A stretch of 64,000 nt of DNA from Octopus vulgaris (lineage: Eukaryota), in NCBI GenBank assembly GCA_951406725.2, contig OX597821.1, forward strand, positions 83,576,001-83,640,000. The letters are read 5' to 3'. Of the stretch, positions 41,185-53,189 are shown piece by piece. Numbering within the stretch: position 1 is the first letter of the stretch; the number at the start of each line of letters is the position of its first letter. Made by a program: the position numbers and the translations under genes. The notes under the pieces were generated by a model. The model ran no database searches. It was given only the letters and a program-made list of their open reading frames with translations, and was not told the origin of the DNA.

Positions 41185-41415
41185 ACCCCACTTCCCCTCT
41201 CCCGTCTGACCATTCTGTCCGAAGTCAGACACCATGATAGATCGTTAGCTACTACACACATTTCCTTTCTCTCCTTGTTTTTTTTCTGTGTATCTTTCTG
41301 TAGAAGAGCGTAGGCTCGAATCGTAAAAGACTTTTTCTATTCCTGAGCGCTATACTAATGTTTGTTTGTACACCACCTGCCTTCGTCTTTTGTTTATTTT
41401 CGTAAACTTTCCCTT
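41185..41415 (+). mobile_element. Penelope-like 3'/LTR remnant with hammerhead-like fold at 41293-41330
   Basis: tcttt-CTGTAGA-a-gagc gtag gctc-GAAT-cg-TA-aaaga: perfect stems I and II, variant core; ends in (TA)n. Confidence 0.5.
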
Positions 41416-41451
41416 CATATATATATATATATACTGTATTTTATATATACA

Positions 41452-41880
41452 GGTAGTGGGTAGCGATTTTCTTCACTACTTCAGGGAGTGACGACCCTGC
41501 CTGACACGAGTCCCAGGCTCAGCTGACTCCAGCTGATAGTACCCGGTATGGGCCCCTATCCAGGGTTACAGAAAGGAGACAACCTTCAAAGAAATCCGGA
41601 GTGGAACCCCGTAGACGGTTTAGTGTTCGACTCGACACTCGTCTGGCAGTTCCTGCAACCATGCTGGTGCCAAACGTAATGCTCTGCACTCCTTTGGACT
41701 ACGTCAGCAAGGTCGAGAGAGGAATCCTGACAACTGGGCTACCCAGGATTTTGTTGCATCAAGCCCAGGCCTGCGCAAAACTGGAGAAGAAACTGGAGGA
41801 CATGAAATGTAAAAACCAGACTGGATTACTTTATGTGCAACTCCACTGTCTCCCGAGACAAAAGGATGCCAACAACAATA
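41452..41880 (+). mobile_element. Short non-autonomous RTE-like element (5'UTR-like part joined to 3' end with (CAA)n tail)
   Basis: GC-richer block ending ccactgtctcccgagacaaaaggatgccaacaacaa; no RT frame. Confidence 0.45.
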
Positions 41881-43307
41881 TGTATATATATATCATCATC
41901 ATCATCATCATCGTTTAGCGTCCGCCTTCCATGCTAGCATGGGTTGGACGGTTCAACTGGGGTCTGGGAAACCAGAAGGCTGCACCAGGCCCAGTTTGAT
42001 CTGGCAATGTTTCTATGGCTGGATGCCCTTCCTAACGCCAACCACTCCATGAGTGTAGTAGGTGCTTTTACGTGCCACCGGCACAGGTGCCAGGCGAGGC
42101 TGGCTACGGCCACGAACGGATGGTGCTTTTTACGTGCCACCGGCATGAGGCCAGTCAATATATATATATATATATGTCTCATAATCTGGGAATCCAGCTT
42201 TATGATCCCATAGTTTGGGAAGGATCTTTGATCCTTTGGTTTTTTGGGGAGGTTTTTTTTCTGTTTGATGTGTTGTGAGGAATGAACATAAGCTTGGTTC
42301 TGAAATGGAATTAGGTCTGTTTTGAACACTTATTAGTAACTAGAATACATTTTATGGTAAAGAAAACTCACTTAGCTTTATGTAGCAGAGTGGTTAAGAA
42401 GCTTGTTTCTCAACCATGTAATCTTGAGATCAGTCCCAATATGCTACAGCTTAGGCTGGTGTCTTTAGCCCTAGGCCAACCAAAGCCTTGTGAGGGGATT
42501 TGGTAGACAAAAACTGAAAGAAGCTGGTCATCTATATATATATGTGTGTGTGTCTATGTTATTTTCTCCTTGTCTTTCTGTGATAGTTGTAAATGAACGT
42601 TACCATAATGCAAGAAGTGACCTTCATTTCCAATATTCTGTAATATTCTGGTTATGAGGAAATATTACCTTACCTGGAAACAGGTGAGGGTTGGTGACAG
42701 GAAAGGTATCAAGCCATAGAAAATCTGTCTCAACAGATTCCATGTGAACATTGGAAAGTGGGTGTTTAATTGATGATGATGATGATGATGAATCGAAGCA
42801 CGTTTAGAAATTCAATTCACGTGTTTAAACATGTTGATGTTAACTGAACTAGGTATATCATGATCTTTGTGATCTCTGAACAATTCAATTTTCTATATGA
42901 ACAGGTGTACAATCTTGTACATCGACTTCATGATCTTCTCATTATTACTTTGGTAAGTATAGGGCAGTGAGCTGGCAGAATCACCAGCACACCAAGCAAA
43001 ATGCTTAGCCTCCGCATTTTGTCCTTCTTTATAATCTGTGTTCAAATTCCACTGAGGTCAACTTTGCGTTTCATCCTTCAGCATCAATAAAATAAGTACT
43101 AGGTGTGTATTGGAGTCAATGTTATTGACTTAACCACCTCACCCCACCCCACCCCAAGAAATTGCTGGCCTTGTGCCAAAATTTGAAATCATAAAGTGGC
43201 AAGTTGGCAGAATCATTAGTATGCACGGTAAAATGCTTATCTGCATTTCGTCTGTCTTTATGATCTGAATTCGAATTCTGCTGAGGTCAACTTTGCCTTT
43301 CATTCTT

Positions 43308-43531
43308 ATTTCTTTACTACTCACAAGGGGCTACACACAGAGGGGACAAACAAGGACAGACAAATGGATTAAGTTGATTATATCAACCCCAGTGCGTAAC
43401 TGGTACTTATTTAATCGACACCGAAAGGATGAAAGGCAAAGTCAACCTCAGCAGAATTTGAACTCAGAACGTTGCAGCAGACAAAATACCACTAAGCATT
43501 TTGCCCAAAGTGCTAACGTTTCTGCCAGCTC
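43308..43531 (-). mobile_element. SINE family B inserted antisense into an older family-B-like copy (~43195-43650); a further copy lies at ~42962-43192
   Basis: Duplicated flank gctgaggtcaactttgcctttcattctt / gctgaagtcaacattgcctttcattctt. Confidence 0.8.
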
Positions 43532-46500
43532 GCTGAAGTCAACATTGCCTTTCATTCTTTTGGGGTCAATAAAATAACCATTGAGCACCAGGGTCGATGT
43601 AATCAACTTAACCCCTCCTCCAGAATTGCTGGCCTTGTGCCAAAATTTGATGAAGTGCATACTTTGCAGATGAGGTCAAATATTGCAGAAACATATCCAG
43701 AGTTGTCTGCTGCATTTGGTGTAATCATAACTTCTGTCACAGGCACAAGGCCACAAACTAGAAAGGGTACGATTAATTGATTAGATTGAGCCAAGTACTT
43801 AACTGAGACTTTAGATCAGTCATGGGCAAACTATGGCCTACGGGACTTTCTGGATGGAAGTACTCCAATCAAAAACTACCTTGAAAGTTTTTCGTAATGT
43901 AGCCCACCTTATGATGATCCATGTCTCATGAGCCCACCCCTCTTGAAAAAGGCTACCCATGCTTGCCTTGTATTATCAACCTGAGTAGGATGAAAGATAC
44001 AGGAAGTGAACTCAAAATATCAAGAGTCAGAACAAATATACTTCAAAGCAGTTTTGTCAAATCAAAATAATACAAGTCACATGACTTATGTTATTTTTCA
44101 CCCTCTCATTATGTAATTGTTTCTAGTAACCCTTTTCATGCTCCCTACATTAATTATGTTAATAATAACTTAATTAACAACTTTATTAATTAGTAACTTA
44201 ATTGCTATTTCTGTTACATTACTATGCAAATCACTCTGTGTGTGTGTGTGTGCGTGCGTGTGTACATGTGTGCGTGCGTGTGTACATGTGTGCGTGTGTG
44301 TGTGCGTGTGTGTGTGTGTGTAATCTTATATATTCCTTCATTTCAGTCATTATTTTTTAAGTTATGATACCACTCAGTTTTAATTCACTAAAATCACACA
44401 CACACAGACACACACACACACACACACACACACATCAAGATCTGGTAATAACTGTAAGACTACGTTTGCTGATGAGATCTCATAACACCAAAACATGTTT
44501 TGTGTTGTCCATATAGCTAAAGACCAAATCCACTCCCCACTGCATTCTATTTTAAAATTAATTTCAATTCCAAGGTTGTTTCCTGTGCACTATTAAACAA
44601 TAACGACTTTGTGTGTGTGTGTGTGTGTGTGTGTGGTTGTGTGGTAAGAAATCTATTTTCCAAACACATGGTTCAGAGTTTAATCCCACTGCGTGGCACC
44701 TTGGGCAAGTCTTCTAATAGCCTCTGGCTAACCAAAGCTTGAGAGTGGATTTGGTAAACAGAAACTGAAAGAATCCCATCGTGTATAAGTGCGTGCGTGC
44801 GTGTGTGTGTGTGTGTGTATGTGTCTGTCTGTCTTTGTGTGTTTACATCCCTGTAACTTAGTGGCTCTGCAAAAAAGACCAACAGAATAAGTATCAAGCT
44901 TAAAAATATAAGTTCTGGGGTCAATTCATTCAATTAAATTTCTTCAAAACAGTGCCCTGGCATGGCCGTAGTCTAATGACTGAAACAAGTGAAAGATATG
45001 TGTAATTAAAATCTGTTGACTAACTTACACTAAGTATTATGGGTAACCACATTACTTTAACAGGGAATATTTATTCAAAGAAATATTTATTCAATAAAAA
45101 TAAAAACAAAACAAAGCAACAGAGGCTAAATGACAAATATAATTTTAATAATCATTTCAGTGAGCATGAGAGACAACTCCAGGCATGTATTGGTATTATT
45201 AAACTTCCTCAGCTAATCATAAACTATAATTGTACTCAGTGAAGAGGTAATAAGAGAATGGCTAATTGAAGTCACCGTACACCGAACTGACTTGGATATC
45301 GTTTGCCTGCTTAGGACTGACACAGAAAACTGGAGATAACGAAAGTACAATGAGTGTATGTCAACAAGAGGCGTATTTGTATGTATTTGTACAAACGGAT
45401 ATTTATAGTCAAATATGTTGTCAAAAAAAAAAAAAAAAAAAGAGAAAGGAAAGGAAAATCACGTTCACAGGCAACATTTTTCTTTCTTCCTTTCTTTCTT
45501 GTTTTACTTACTGTTCTATCTTTATAATGGCTATAAATATTCATGATGTAAAAACAAACAAGCAAAATAAAAATGTTTAATTTCAAATTGAAAATTTTGT
45601 TTTCTTAATTGAAAAATGAAAATTTAACTTAAGAGAAACTTCTAGTTTAATTTAACATAATTTTTTATAATGGAATTTATGACATACATAAAGACTAAGC
45701 TAACGATTACTTTTACGGAAATTAATTAAGTTTATCGCTTCATCACGTATGTAACTTCTCAGATAAGTTCTGGGCGCCTTGCATTTCTCTTTTAAGACCA
45801 AGTTTTATAGGTAAGGGATAATTTATTTTAAACAAACACTTGTGTATATGTTGTGTGTATGTGAGACCTAGAGAAAGTCACCAAAGGAAAATGTCTTTAA
45901 CATTTCAGGATACTAGAACACTCAAAGCATGCTCGAATAAGGAACAAAAATGATCATAAACTGTAAGTTAGAATTAATTAGTCAGCAGCCACAAAGTTAT
46001 CCTAGCTGACAAACTGTTCTTACACAAGACCTCCTGAAGAGCAATGTGGCATGCACCCAATGGTGACACTAATAACCAGGTCAGGAGGAAGACACAGATA
46101 CACCACATGCATACATTCCACGAAAAACAGTGAACAGTAGGTATTGGAAGAACACTCGGACTGAAACCAACAACTGTATAAACAATTTGCAGTAAGGCTG
46201 AAAGAAATTAAAGCTTTTATTCAAAAGCATACAAAATTGGCTGTTGCAAAATTAACTGAGAATAGAACCACCATAATGGAAAATGTGGATATAGCAGATA
46301 CATCACTATTACTGCCCATTCACAATATGCCATGCAAATGAAAGCCTTAAGTATAATGAATTACTCTGTCAAATGTAATGCTTATTTGTTCACATTATTT
46401 TGAACTAATTATGCATTATCTCATAGCTCTGAACTTTTGACGACGTGACTGTTTATTTTTAGAATGACACTGTAGAGTAGGTGTGACAGGCTAGACCTGG

Positions 46501-46614
46501 CTGGTTCAAACATAAAACAAGTAGAATATTTGGGCCAGTTAAGGCTGGCTTGAACATAAAACAGGTGATATAGCTGGTTTGAATGCCAATGAGTTAAGAA
46601 AACAGGTATCTAGA

Positions 46615-47950
46615 ACTAAGAGTGAAAACTTCAAGGTAAGTCATGGCTGGCTTAAGCATTTCAAGAATCACTCAAAATTGCATCACTTTCTGATAAAAGG
46701 AGCTTGCAAGGGTCAGTAAAAAAGCTGAGACTGCTTTTCCAGCTTCACAAAGAATCATTATTGATAAAGAAGTATAAAGGAGTAAATTTTTAATTTAGCT
46801 GAGATGTGTCAAATCAAACTTAGATTTTGAAGAAAAAATTAGGGTACCACATTTCAAGGCTGCCAGGAATCATATATCTTTCCTACATGATGGTAATGCT
46901 TCAAGAGATCTAAAACCTAAGCCATGTTATCATTCAGAGATGACAATAACTATAAAAGGCTGTGTTAAATCCTGTGACACAGGGATCAAATAAACACACA
47001 CACACACACACAAGTGAGGTGGGACAGCAGGACAGATTAGTTTATGTCATATTTGCCCAACACTTGAAGAATACTGTTAGCTAGTCTAAGAAGCTTAAAA
47101 ATAAAAGCTTGCTTTTTGTGAACTATGTTCCAGATTACTCACCTAACCTGGATGAGCTGACGGATAAGGTTAAAGTACTTTTTCTTATTTCTTTACTACC
47201 CACAAGGGGCTAAACATAGAGAGGACAAACAAGGACAGACAAAGGGGATTAAGTCGATTATTTCGACCCCAGTGCGTAAATGGTACTTATTTAATCAACC
47301 CTGAAAGGATGAAAGGCAAAGTCGACCTCGGCGGAATTTGAGCTCAGAACGTAAAGACAGACAAAATACTGCTAAGCATTTCGCCCGGTGTGCTAACGTT
47401 TAAGCCAGCTCATTGCCTTAAAGTACTTTTAAAGTACTTTTCCTGCCTCCAAACACACAACCAGCTTGGTTCAACCTATAGACCATGGCCTACTTCAGCA
47501 TTCAATTCTTACTTTTTATGGTGCATCTTTCAACAACTGACTAAGTTCTTAGATGGGGAAACTTACCTATTATAAAGAAATTTTTGATGGTTAACATATG
47601 CATGCTACTGAAACCTAAGACAATGGCATGGACAAAATGGAAGCACAAAAAATTTTGTCTGGAATAAATTATCTACTTAGACAGCATACATAGCAGGTTC
47701 CTGGATACTGTAAAGTCAAAATAAAATGTTCCTGAGGACATCATAGGGAAACCAAACAACATAATGTTCATGATAACAGCAGAGATGTGGAATGATCCTG
47801 GGTTTTAACAACTTAGTATTTGGCTAAGGGCTTGCAGTGTTTAGATATAAAGGTTGTTTTCATTTCAAAAGATCCTCAAAGAAGTTCATAAGCAGACAGG
47901 TTAATAATGGATATAACTGCTACAAGGAATTATAAAACAAGAAAAAAAAA
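46615..47950 (+). pseudogene. Decayed Tigger/pogo (CENP-B-like) transposase, split by a family-B SINE at ~47183-47419
   Basis: Peptide remnants FKVSHGWLKHFKN, FKAARNHISFLHDGNASRDLKPKP, FLPPNT..SLVQPIDHG; the SINE has TSD ttaaagtacttt. Confidence 0.7.
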
Positions 47951-48039
47951 ACTGCACCACAAAAAAAGTAAATAATTATTTTACAAATTCTTTTCTTAAT
48001 ATTTCTTGGAGATGCTTTGAGTTAAACGTATATATATTA

Positions 48040-48393
48040 TTTTATTCTTTTATTTGTTTCAGTCATCTGCTGGAGTACTGCCTTTAGTCAAACAAATCAA
48101 CCCCAGGACTTATTCTTTGTAAGCCAAGTACTTATTCGATCGGTCACTTTTGCCAAACCGCTAAGTTACGGGGAGATAAACACACCAGTATCAGTTGTCA
48201 AGAGATACTTGGGAGACAGACACACACAAACACATACACACACGACGGGCTTCTTTCAGTTTCCGTCAACCAAATCCACTTAAGGCTTTGGTCGACCCGA
48301 GGCTATAGTAGAAGGCACTTGCCTAAGGTGCCACGCAGTGGGACCATGTGGTTGGTAAGCAAAGCTATTTACCACATAGCCACTCCTGCGCCT
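48040..48393 (-). mobile_element. SINE family A
   Basis: Body and head match; small internal deletions. Confidence 0.8.
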
Positions 48394-48418
48394 ATATATA
48401 TATATATATACATTTCAT

Positions 48419-48835
48419 AAGGCGGCGAGCTGCCAGATACGTTAGCGTGCCGGGCGAAATGCTTAGCGGTATTTCGTCTGTCGTTACGTTCTGAGTTCAA
48501 ATACCCCGGAGGTCGACTTTGCCTTTCATCCTTTCGGGGTTGATAAATTAAGTACCAGTTACGAACTAGGGTCCATGTAATCGACTTAATACCAATGTCT
48601 GTCCTTGTTTGTCCCCTCTATGTTTAGCCCCTTGTGGGTAATAAAGAAATAGGTATTTCGTCCGTCTTTACGTTCTGAGTTCAAATTCCTCCGAGGTCGA
48701 CTTTGCCTTTCATCCTTTCAGGGTCGATAAATAAAGTACCAGTTTCGCGCTGGTGTCGATGTAATCGACTTAATCCCTTTGTTTGTCCTTGTTTGTCCCC
48801 TCTATGTTTAGCCCCTTGTGTGCAGTAAAGAAATA
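48419..48835 (+). mobile_element. SINE family B head-to-tail dimer (second unit 5'-truncated)
   Basis: Two successive gtatttcgtc...gtcgactttgcctttcatcc...tttagccccttgtg...aaagaaata units. Confidence 0.85.
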
Positions 48836-49012
48836 TATATACATATCCTTGTGCTTGTCTTTCATCAATTGATAACCGACATTGGTTTGTTTACGTCTTC
48901 GTAAATTAGCGGTTGGCTGGATTAGATAACGTAAACAAACCCTTCAAGGCGATATCCCAACATGACAACCATTCTATAACTGAAACATACAGATAGAGAT
49001 GCATACACACAG

Positions 49013-49063
<51 letters not shown>

Positions 49064-49434
49064 TCTATGTATGTGTGTATGTGTGCACCGTCATCCGTAC
49101 ATATTAACGGATATATGTCTATAAAACGAATACGGACGTGAATAGAATCGTCAGTTATATTATTTCGATATCTTCATTATTTTGTTATTATTATCATTCT
49201 TATTGTTACTATTAATTCAACTTTATTAATATTCGTTTATCTTTTCGATAAAATCCCCCACTTCCTCCTCTGTTCTTTTCACAACTGGTGGGCTGCCTGT
49301 CCCAGTTTCAAGTCCGCCTACGTATATCCCAAGAAAAGACAATTTCGTTCGCGGGTTGGCGGGGTTCTCGAAAGTCCTATATTTTAGCAGCGACGGTAGG
49401 AGTGGAAGAGATTACATGACGTTCATGCGCTCAC

Positions 49435-49695
49435 CTCGAAGCTAGTAGTAGTAGTAGCAGCAGCTCTTCGACAGCACTAGCATTTAGAAACTGCTTCTTT
49501 ATCTACAGCTTTCACCACTATATTGATTATTCCTAGAAGCGTTAAGACAATAGTTCTTTTAAAAAATAGACGTGTGAGTAAGTGATACTGATTCTTTCCA
49601 CAACCGGGTAATCGAAACAAGAGTCGAACATTCTTCCGGGTCAATCAAAAATAAAAATAGAGTGCTCGCTGTTACCTCTAAAACTCCTTTACGTA
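49435..49695 (-). other. Candidate non-coding first exon of a minus-strand gene
   Basis: Strong donor TTCGAG|GTGAGC at 49435/49434; unique CpG-rich sequence directly downstream of CRE/TATA; the start could be ~49690 (TATA-30) or ~49589 (TCAGT Inr-like). Confidence 0.5.
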
Positions 49696-49718
49696 CCCTT
49701 CCACGCACCCACCAGGCC

Positions 49719-49775
49719 ATTATATATTTCTCAGAATTATGTGACGTCACACGTTGTATGTGTTGTGACGTCATT
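49719..49775 (-). promoter_or_regulatory. Promoter with two full CRE sites and a TATA-like box
   Basis: TGACGTCA at 49742-49749 (within 12-bp palindrome TGTGACGTCACA) and 49766-49773; TATATAA on the minus strand at 49720-49726. Confidence 0.65.
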
Positions 49776-50009
49776 AGGGCGACGACAAATAGCTGTCTTC
49801 ACAAGCGACTTCGCCTCCCACGTATTCTTCTCACACAGGCCTGGTGGTTTCTCGTCCCACATGGTGTTGGTATTTATAACTTTGCTACTGTCAGTTGTAT
49901 CCTGCTGGTACGTGCTTTATTAACCTCGAAGGGATGTAACAAAGATATAATCAAACTAGGCATGATTTGAACTCAAAATAGTTAAAAGTATTCCACCACG
50001 AGCCGACGC

Positions 50010-50565
50010 GGAAGCCCCTATGTGGTTCACTCGACCAGCTAGAAATATCAACCTACTTCCTTCAAATCAAACCCGACAGTTTTTGAAAGGGACGGGTTGG
50101 ATAATACTATCTGGAATAACTGTGATCATAGGTTTGTTTGATAAGAGCTGAGCTGGTGGTTAAACAATGACACACACACGAAGTGACAGCAGGGCCTCTA
50201 CGCGGTCGCTCGACTTGCTAGAAATAACAACTGAATCACCCCCTCAAAGCACACGGTTTGTCTTAAAAGAAGAAAGGATACACTCAGTAATGTGGTCCTA
50301 GACATACGGGACAGGATGGTCACAGATGGAGTAACTTTGATCATAGGTTTGTTTGATTAGATTTGGCCTGGGGTTAAACAACAACAAAGCCTCTTCGACA
50401 TGCTAGAAATAGCAACCAATTTTATTTCCATTTAAAGTACACTTCGTCTTAAACGAAGAAAGGATACATTCAGTAAAATTGTCCTGATCATACTGAATAG
50501 ACGGCTAGATTGTCATGGGCGGAAAGCCTTTGGTTAACGGCCCACTCGATCAGGGTTAAAAACAA
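50010..50565 (+). repeat. Three consecutive diverged copies of a ~180-bp dispersed repeat (family E)
   Basis: Each has ...ctcgac..gctagaaata...tgatcataggtttgtttgat...ggttaaacaa; dispersed copies at ~2050-2310, 10880-11050, 12190-12390, 37040-37240, 55720 and 63470. Confidence 0.6.
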
Positions 50566-51424
50566 TAGATGGACTATGATGAATGCCAGAACAACTATTT
50601 AGTTTATACTGTTTCACATTGTGAGTTTGATTCCTGCCAGGGGTAGCATTGCTTTACAACAATCCGGGGGCGATAAAATAAATAACAGCAGAGTACTTCG
50701 TCGATTCGATGTTGAAATAGAGAGGCACAACAAAAACGGTTGGATGGACCGATAACCAATCATACATATGATATAGAAACAGATAGATAGGAATATAAAT
50801 AGTTTTACATTTTAAATGTATTTTTATTAAGGAGAGAGATAGGTTTATGTGTTCATGCCTTTCCACAAAGCCGTTATTTGATGTAGTGAAGTAACGCCTG
50901 CAGCTATGTTCGATGAAATGACAAGAGGACAAAAATACTGAGAGAGAGAGATGGCGTGGGGACAAGCACTTGCAGTGTTTTCTTCATATTCTCTGGTATT
51001 GCAGGAAGCGTTTTCACCCCGGCGCTATACAACAATTACATTAAAGGAAAAAATCAGAAGATTTATGGACGTCACTGCTAAGAAGATTAAACAAACGAAT
51101 GTAAAGCGCCAGTCATCAGAGATGAAAATGAAATAATCCTTTTCTTATATAGGCACAAAGCCCGTAATATTGTGAGGAGAAAGTTAGTTGATTACAACGA
51201 CTCCAGTACATAACTGGTATTTTATTTTATTCACCCCCAATGAATGAAAGGCAAAGTTGATCTTGGCGGAATTTGGAGCTTAGAACGTGAAGAGCCATAT
51301 CTAAATACTACAAAGCATTTTTCCATTTTAGTTTCCTATCAAGAGGCCATGTTCCCTTAAACGTAATTCTAACTACTTATAGATGCCACATTTTTTTTTT
51401 TACCTCAAGGACTATTCCTTTTTT

Positions 51425-51872
51425 TTTCTTTCTTTTACACGTTTCAGTCATTTGATTGCGACCATGCTAGAGAGCACTGCCTTAAAGGGTTTTTTTTAGA
51501 AGAAATCAACCTGAGGACTTATTCTTTGTAAGCCAAGTACTTATTCTATGGTACTCTCTTGCCGGACCGCTAATGTTACGGGGGCACAAACACAACAACA
51601 TCGGTTGTCAAGCGAAGGTGGGGGTGGGGTGGGGCACAAACACAACAACATCGGTTGTCAAGCGAAGGTGGGGGTGGGGTGGGGCACAAACACAGACAGA
51701 CACACACATATAAGACGGGCTTCTTTCAGTTTCCGTCTACCAAATCCAATCACAAAGCTTTATTCAGCCCGATGTTATTGTAAGAGACACTTGCCCAAGG
51801 TGCCACGCAGTGGGACTGAACCGGAACCATGTGGTTAGGATGCGAGCTTCTTAACACAGCCACGCCTGCCCC
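51425..51872 (-). mobile_element. SINE family A containing a perfect 50-bp tandem duplication (51581-51694)
   Basis: ggggcacaaacacaacaacatcggttgtcaagcgaaggtgggggtggggt x2 plus a partial unit. Confidence 0.8.
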
Positions 51873-52263
51873 TACTCGGAATTCTCTTTCTACTCTTTCC
51901 TTTACTTGTTTCAGTCATTGGACTGCGACATGCATTTGTATGGAATTAGGCTATTTCCCGAAGAACTCTTAACGACCTCTCGCGAAACCCTAAGGTTTCG
52001 AGGGAACACCAGCCAGGAAATGTTGCGTTTTATAAGGGTTTTTGAAAATTCTAGCTCCCCTCGTTAACAGATGTCATAAAAAAGAACAGACCACTTCAAG
52101 AAGTGGCGGGAATGTTGTAAACTTAATGAAGATTGTGATGGGATTAATATTTTCAAAGACAGTAAGTCCTTAATATTCTAACGTCAGACTCGTGAAAGAC
52201 AAATCATCCCTACAAGATCGAACACCAGTCTATCAGTTAACATTCGTTGACATTCTGGGACAT

Positions 52264-52680
52264 AGGCGCAGGAGTGGCTGTGTGGTAAGTAGCTTGCTAA
52301 CCAACCACATGGTTCCGGGTTCAGTCCCACTGCGTGGCATCTTGGGCAAGTGTCTTCTGCTATAGCCCCGGGCCGACCAATGCCTTGTAAGTGGATTTGG
52401 TAGACGGAAACTGAAAGAAGCCTGTCGTATATATGTATATATATATATGTGTATGTGTATGTGTGTGTGTTTGTGTTTGTCCCCCTAGCATTGCTTGACA
52501 ACCGATGCTGGCGTGTTTACGTTCCCGTCACTTAGCGGTTCGGCAAAAGAGACCGATAGAATAAGTACTGGGCTTACAAAGAACAAGTCCCAGGGTTGAT
52601 TTGCTCGACTAAAGGCGGTGCTCCAGCATGGCCGCAGTCAAATGACTGAAACAAGTAAAAGAGTAAAAGAGTAAAGAGTA
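52264..52680 (+). mobile_element. SINE family A, full-length young copy
   Basis: GGCGCAGGAGTGGCTGTGTGGTAAG (A box), GGTTCAGTCCC (B box), CORE-like cttgggcaagtgtctt, internal microsatellite, (GTAAAAGA)n tail. Confidence 0.9.
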
Positions 52681-52794
52681 TATTGCTGACAGCAATACAA
52701 ACTGAAACACTGACAACGTAGAGACACGTCTACTATGTGAGATGGGTCCAATTCTCGTATCAAATTTTCAATAACGCACGGTATCCTCGCTTTC

Positions 52795-53175
52795 TCTTTT
52801 CTCTTTTACTCGTTTCAGTCATTTGACCGTGGCCATGCTGGAGCACCACCTTTAGTCAAGCAAATCGCCCCCATGACTTATTCTTTGCAAGCCTAGTACT
52901 TATTCTATCGGTCTCTTTTGCCTAACCGCTAAGTTACGGGGACGTAAACACACCAGCATCGGTTGTTGGTGGGGGGGGGAGGCAAACACGGACACACACA
53001 CACACATATACGATGGGCTTCTTTCAGTTTCCGTCTACTAAGTCCACTCACAAGGCTTTGGTCGGCCAGAGGCTACAGTAGAAGACACTTGCCCATGGTG
53101 CCACGCAGTGGGACTGAACCCGGAACCATGTGGTTCGTAAGCAAGCTACTTACCACACAGCCACTCCTACGCCTA
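52795..53175 (-). mobile_element. SINE family A, full-length
   Basis: Reverse complement of the 52264-52680 family. Confidence 0.88.
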
Positions 53176-53189
53176 TTGGTGTCTCGCTA

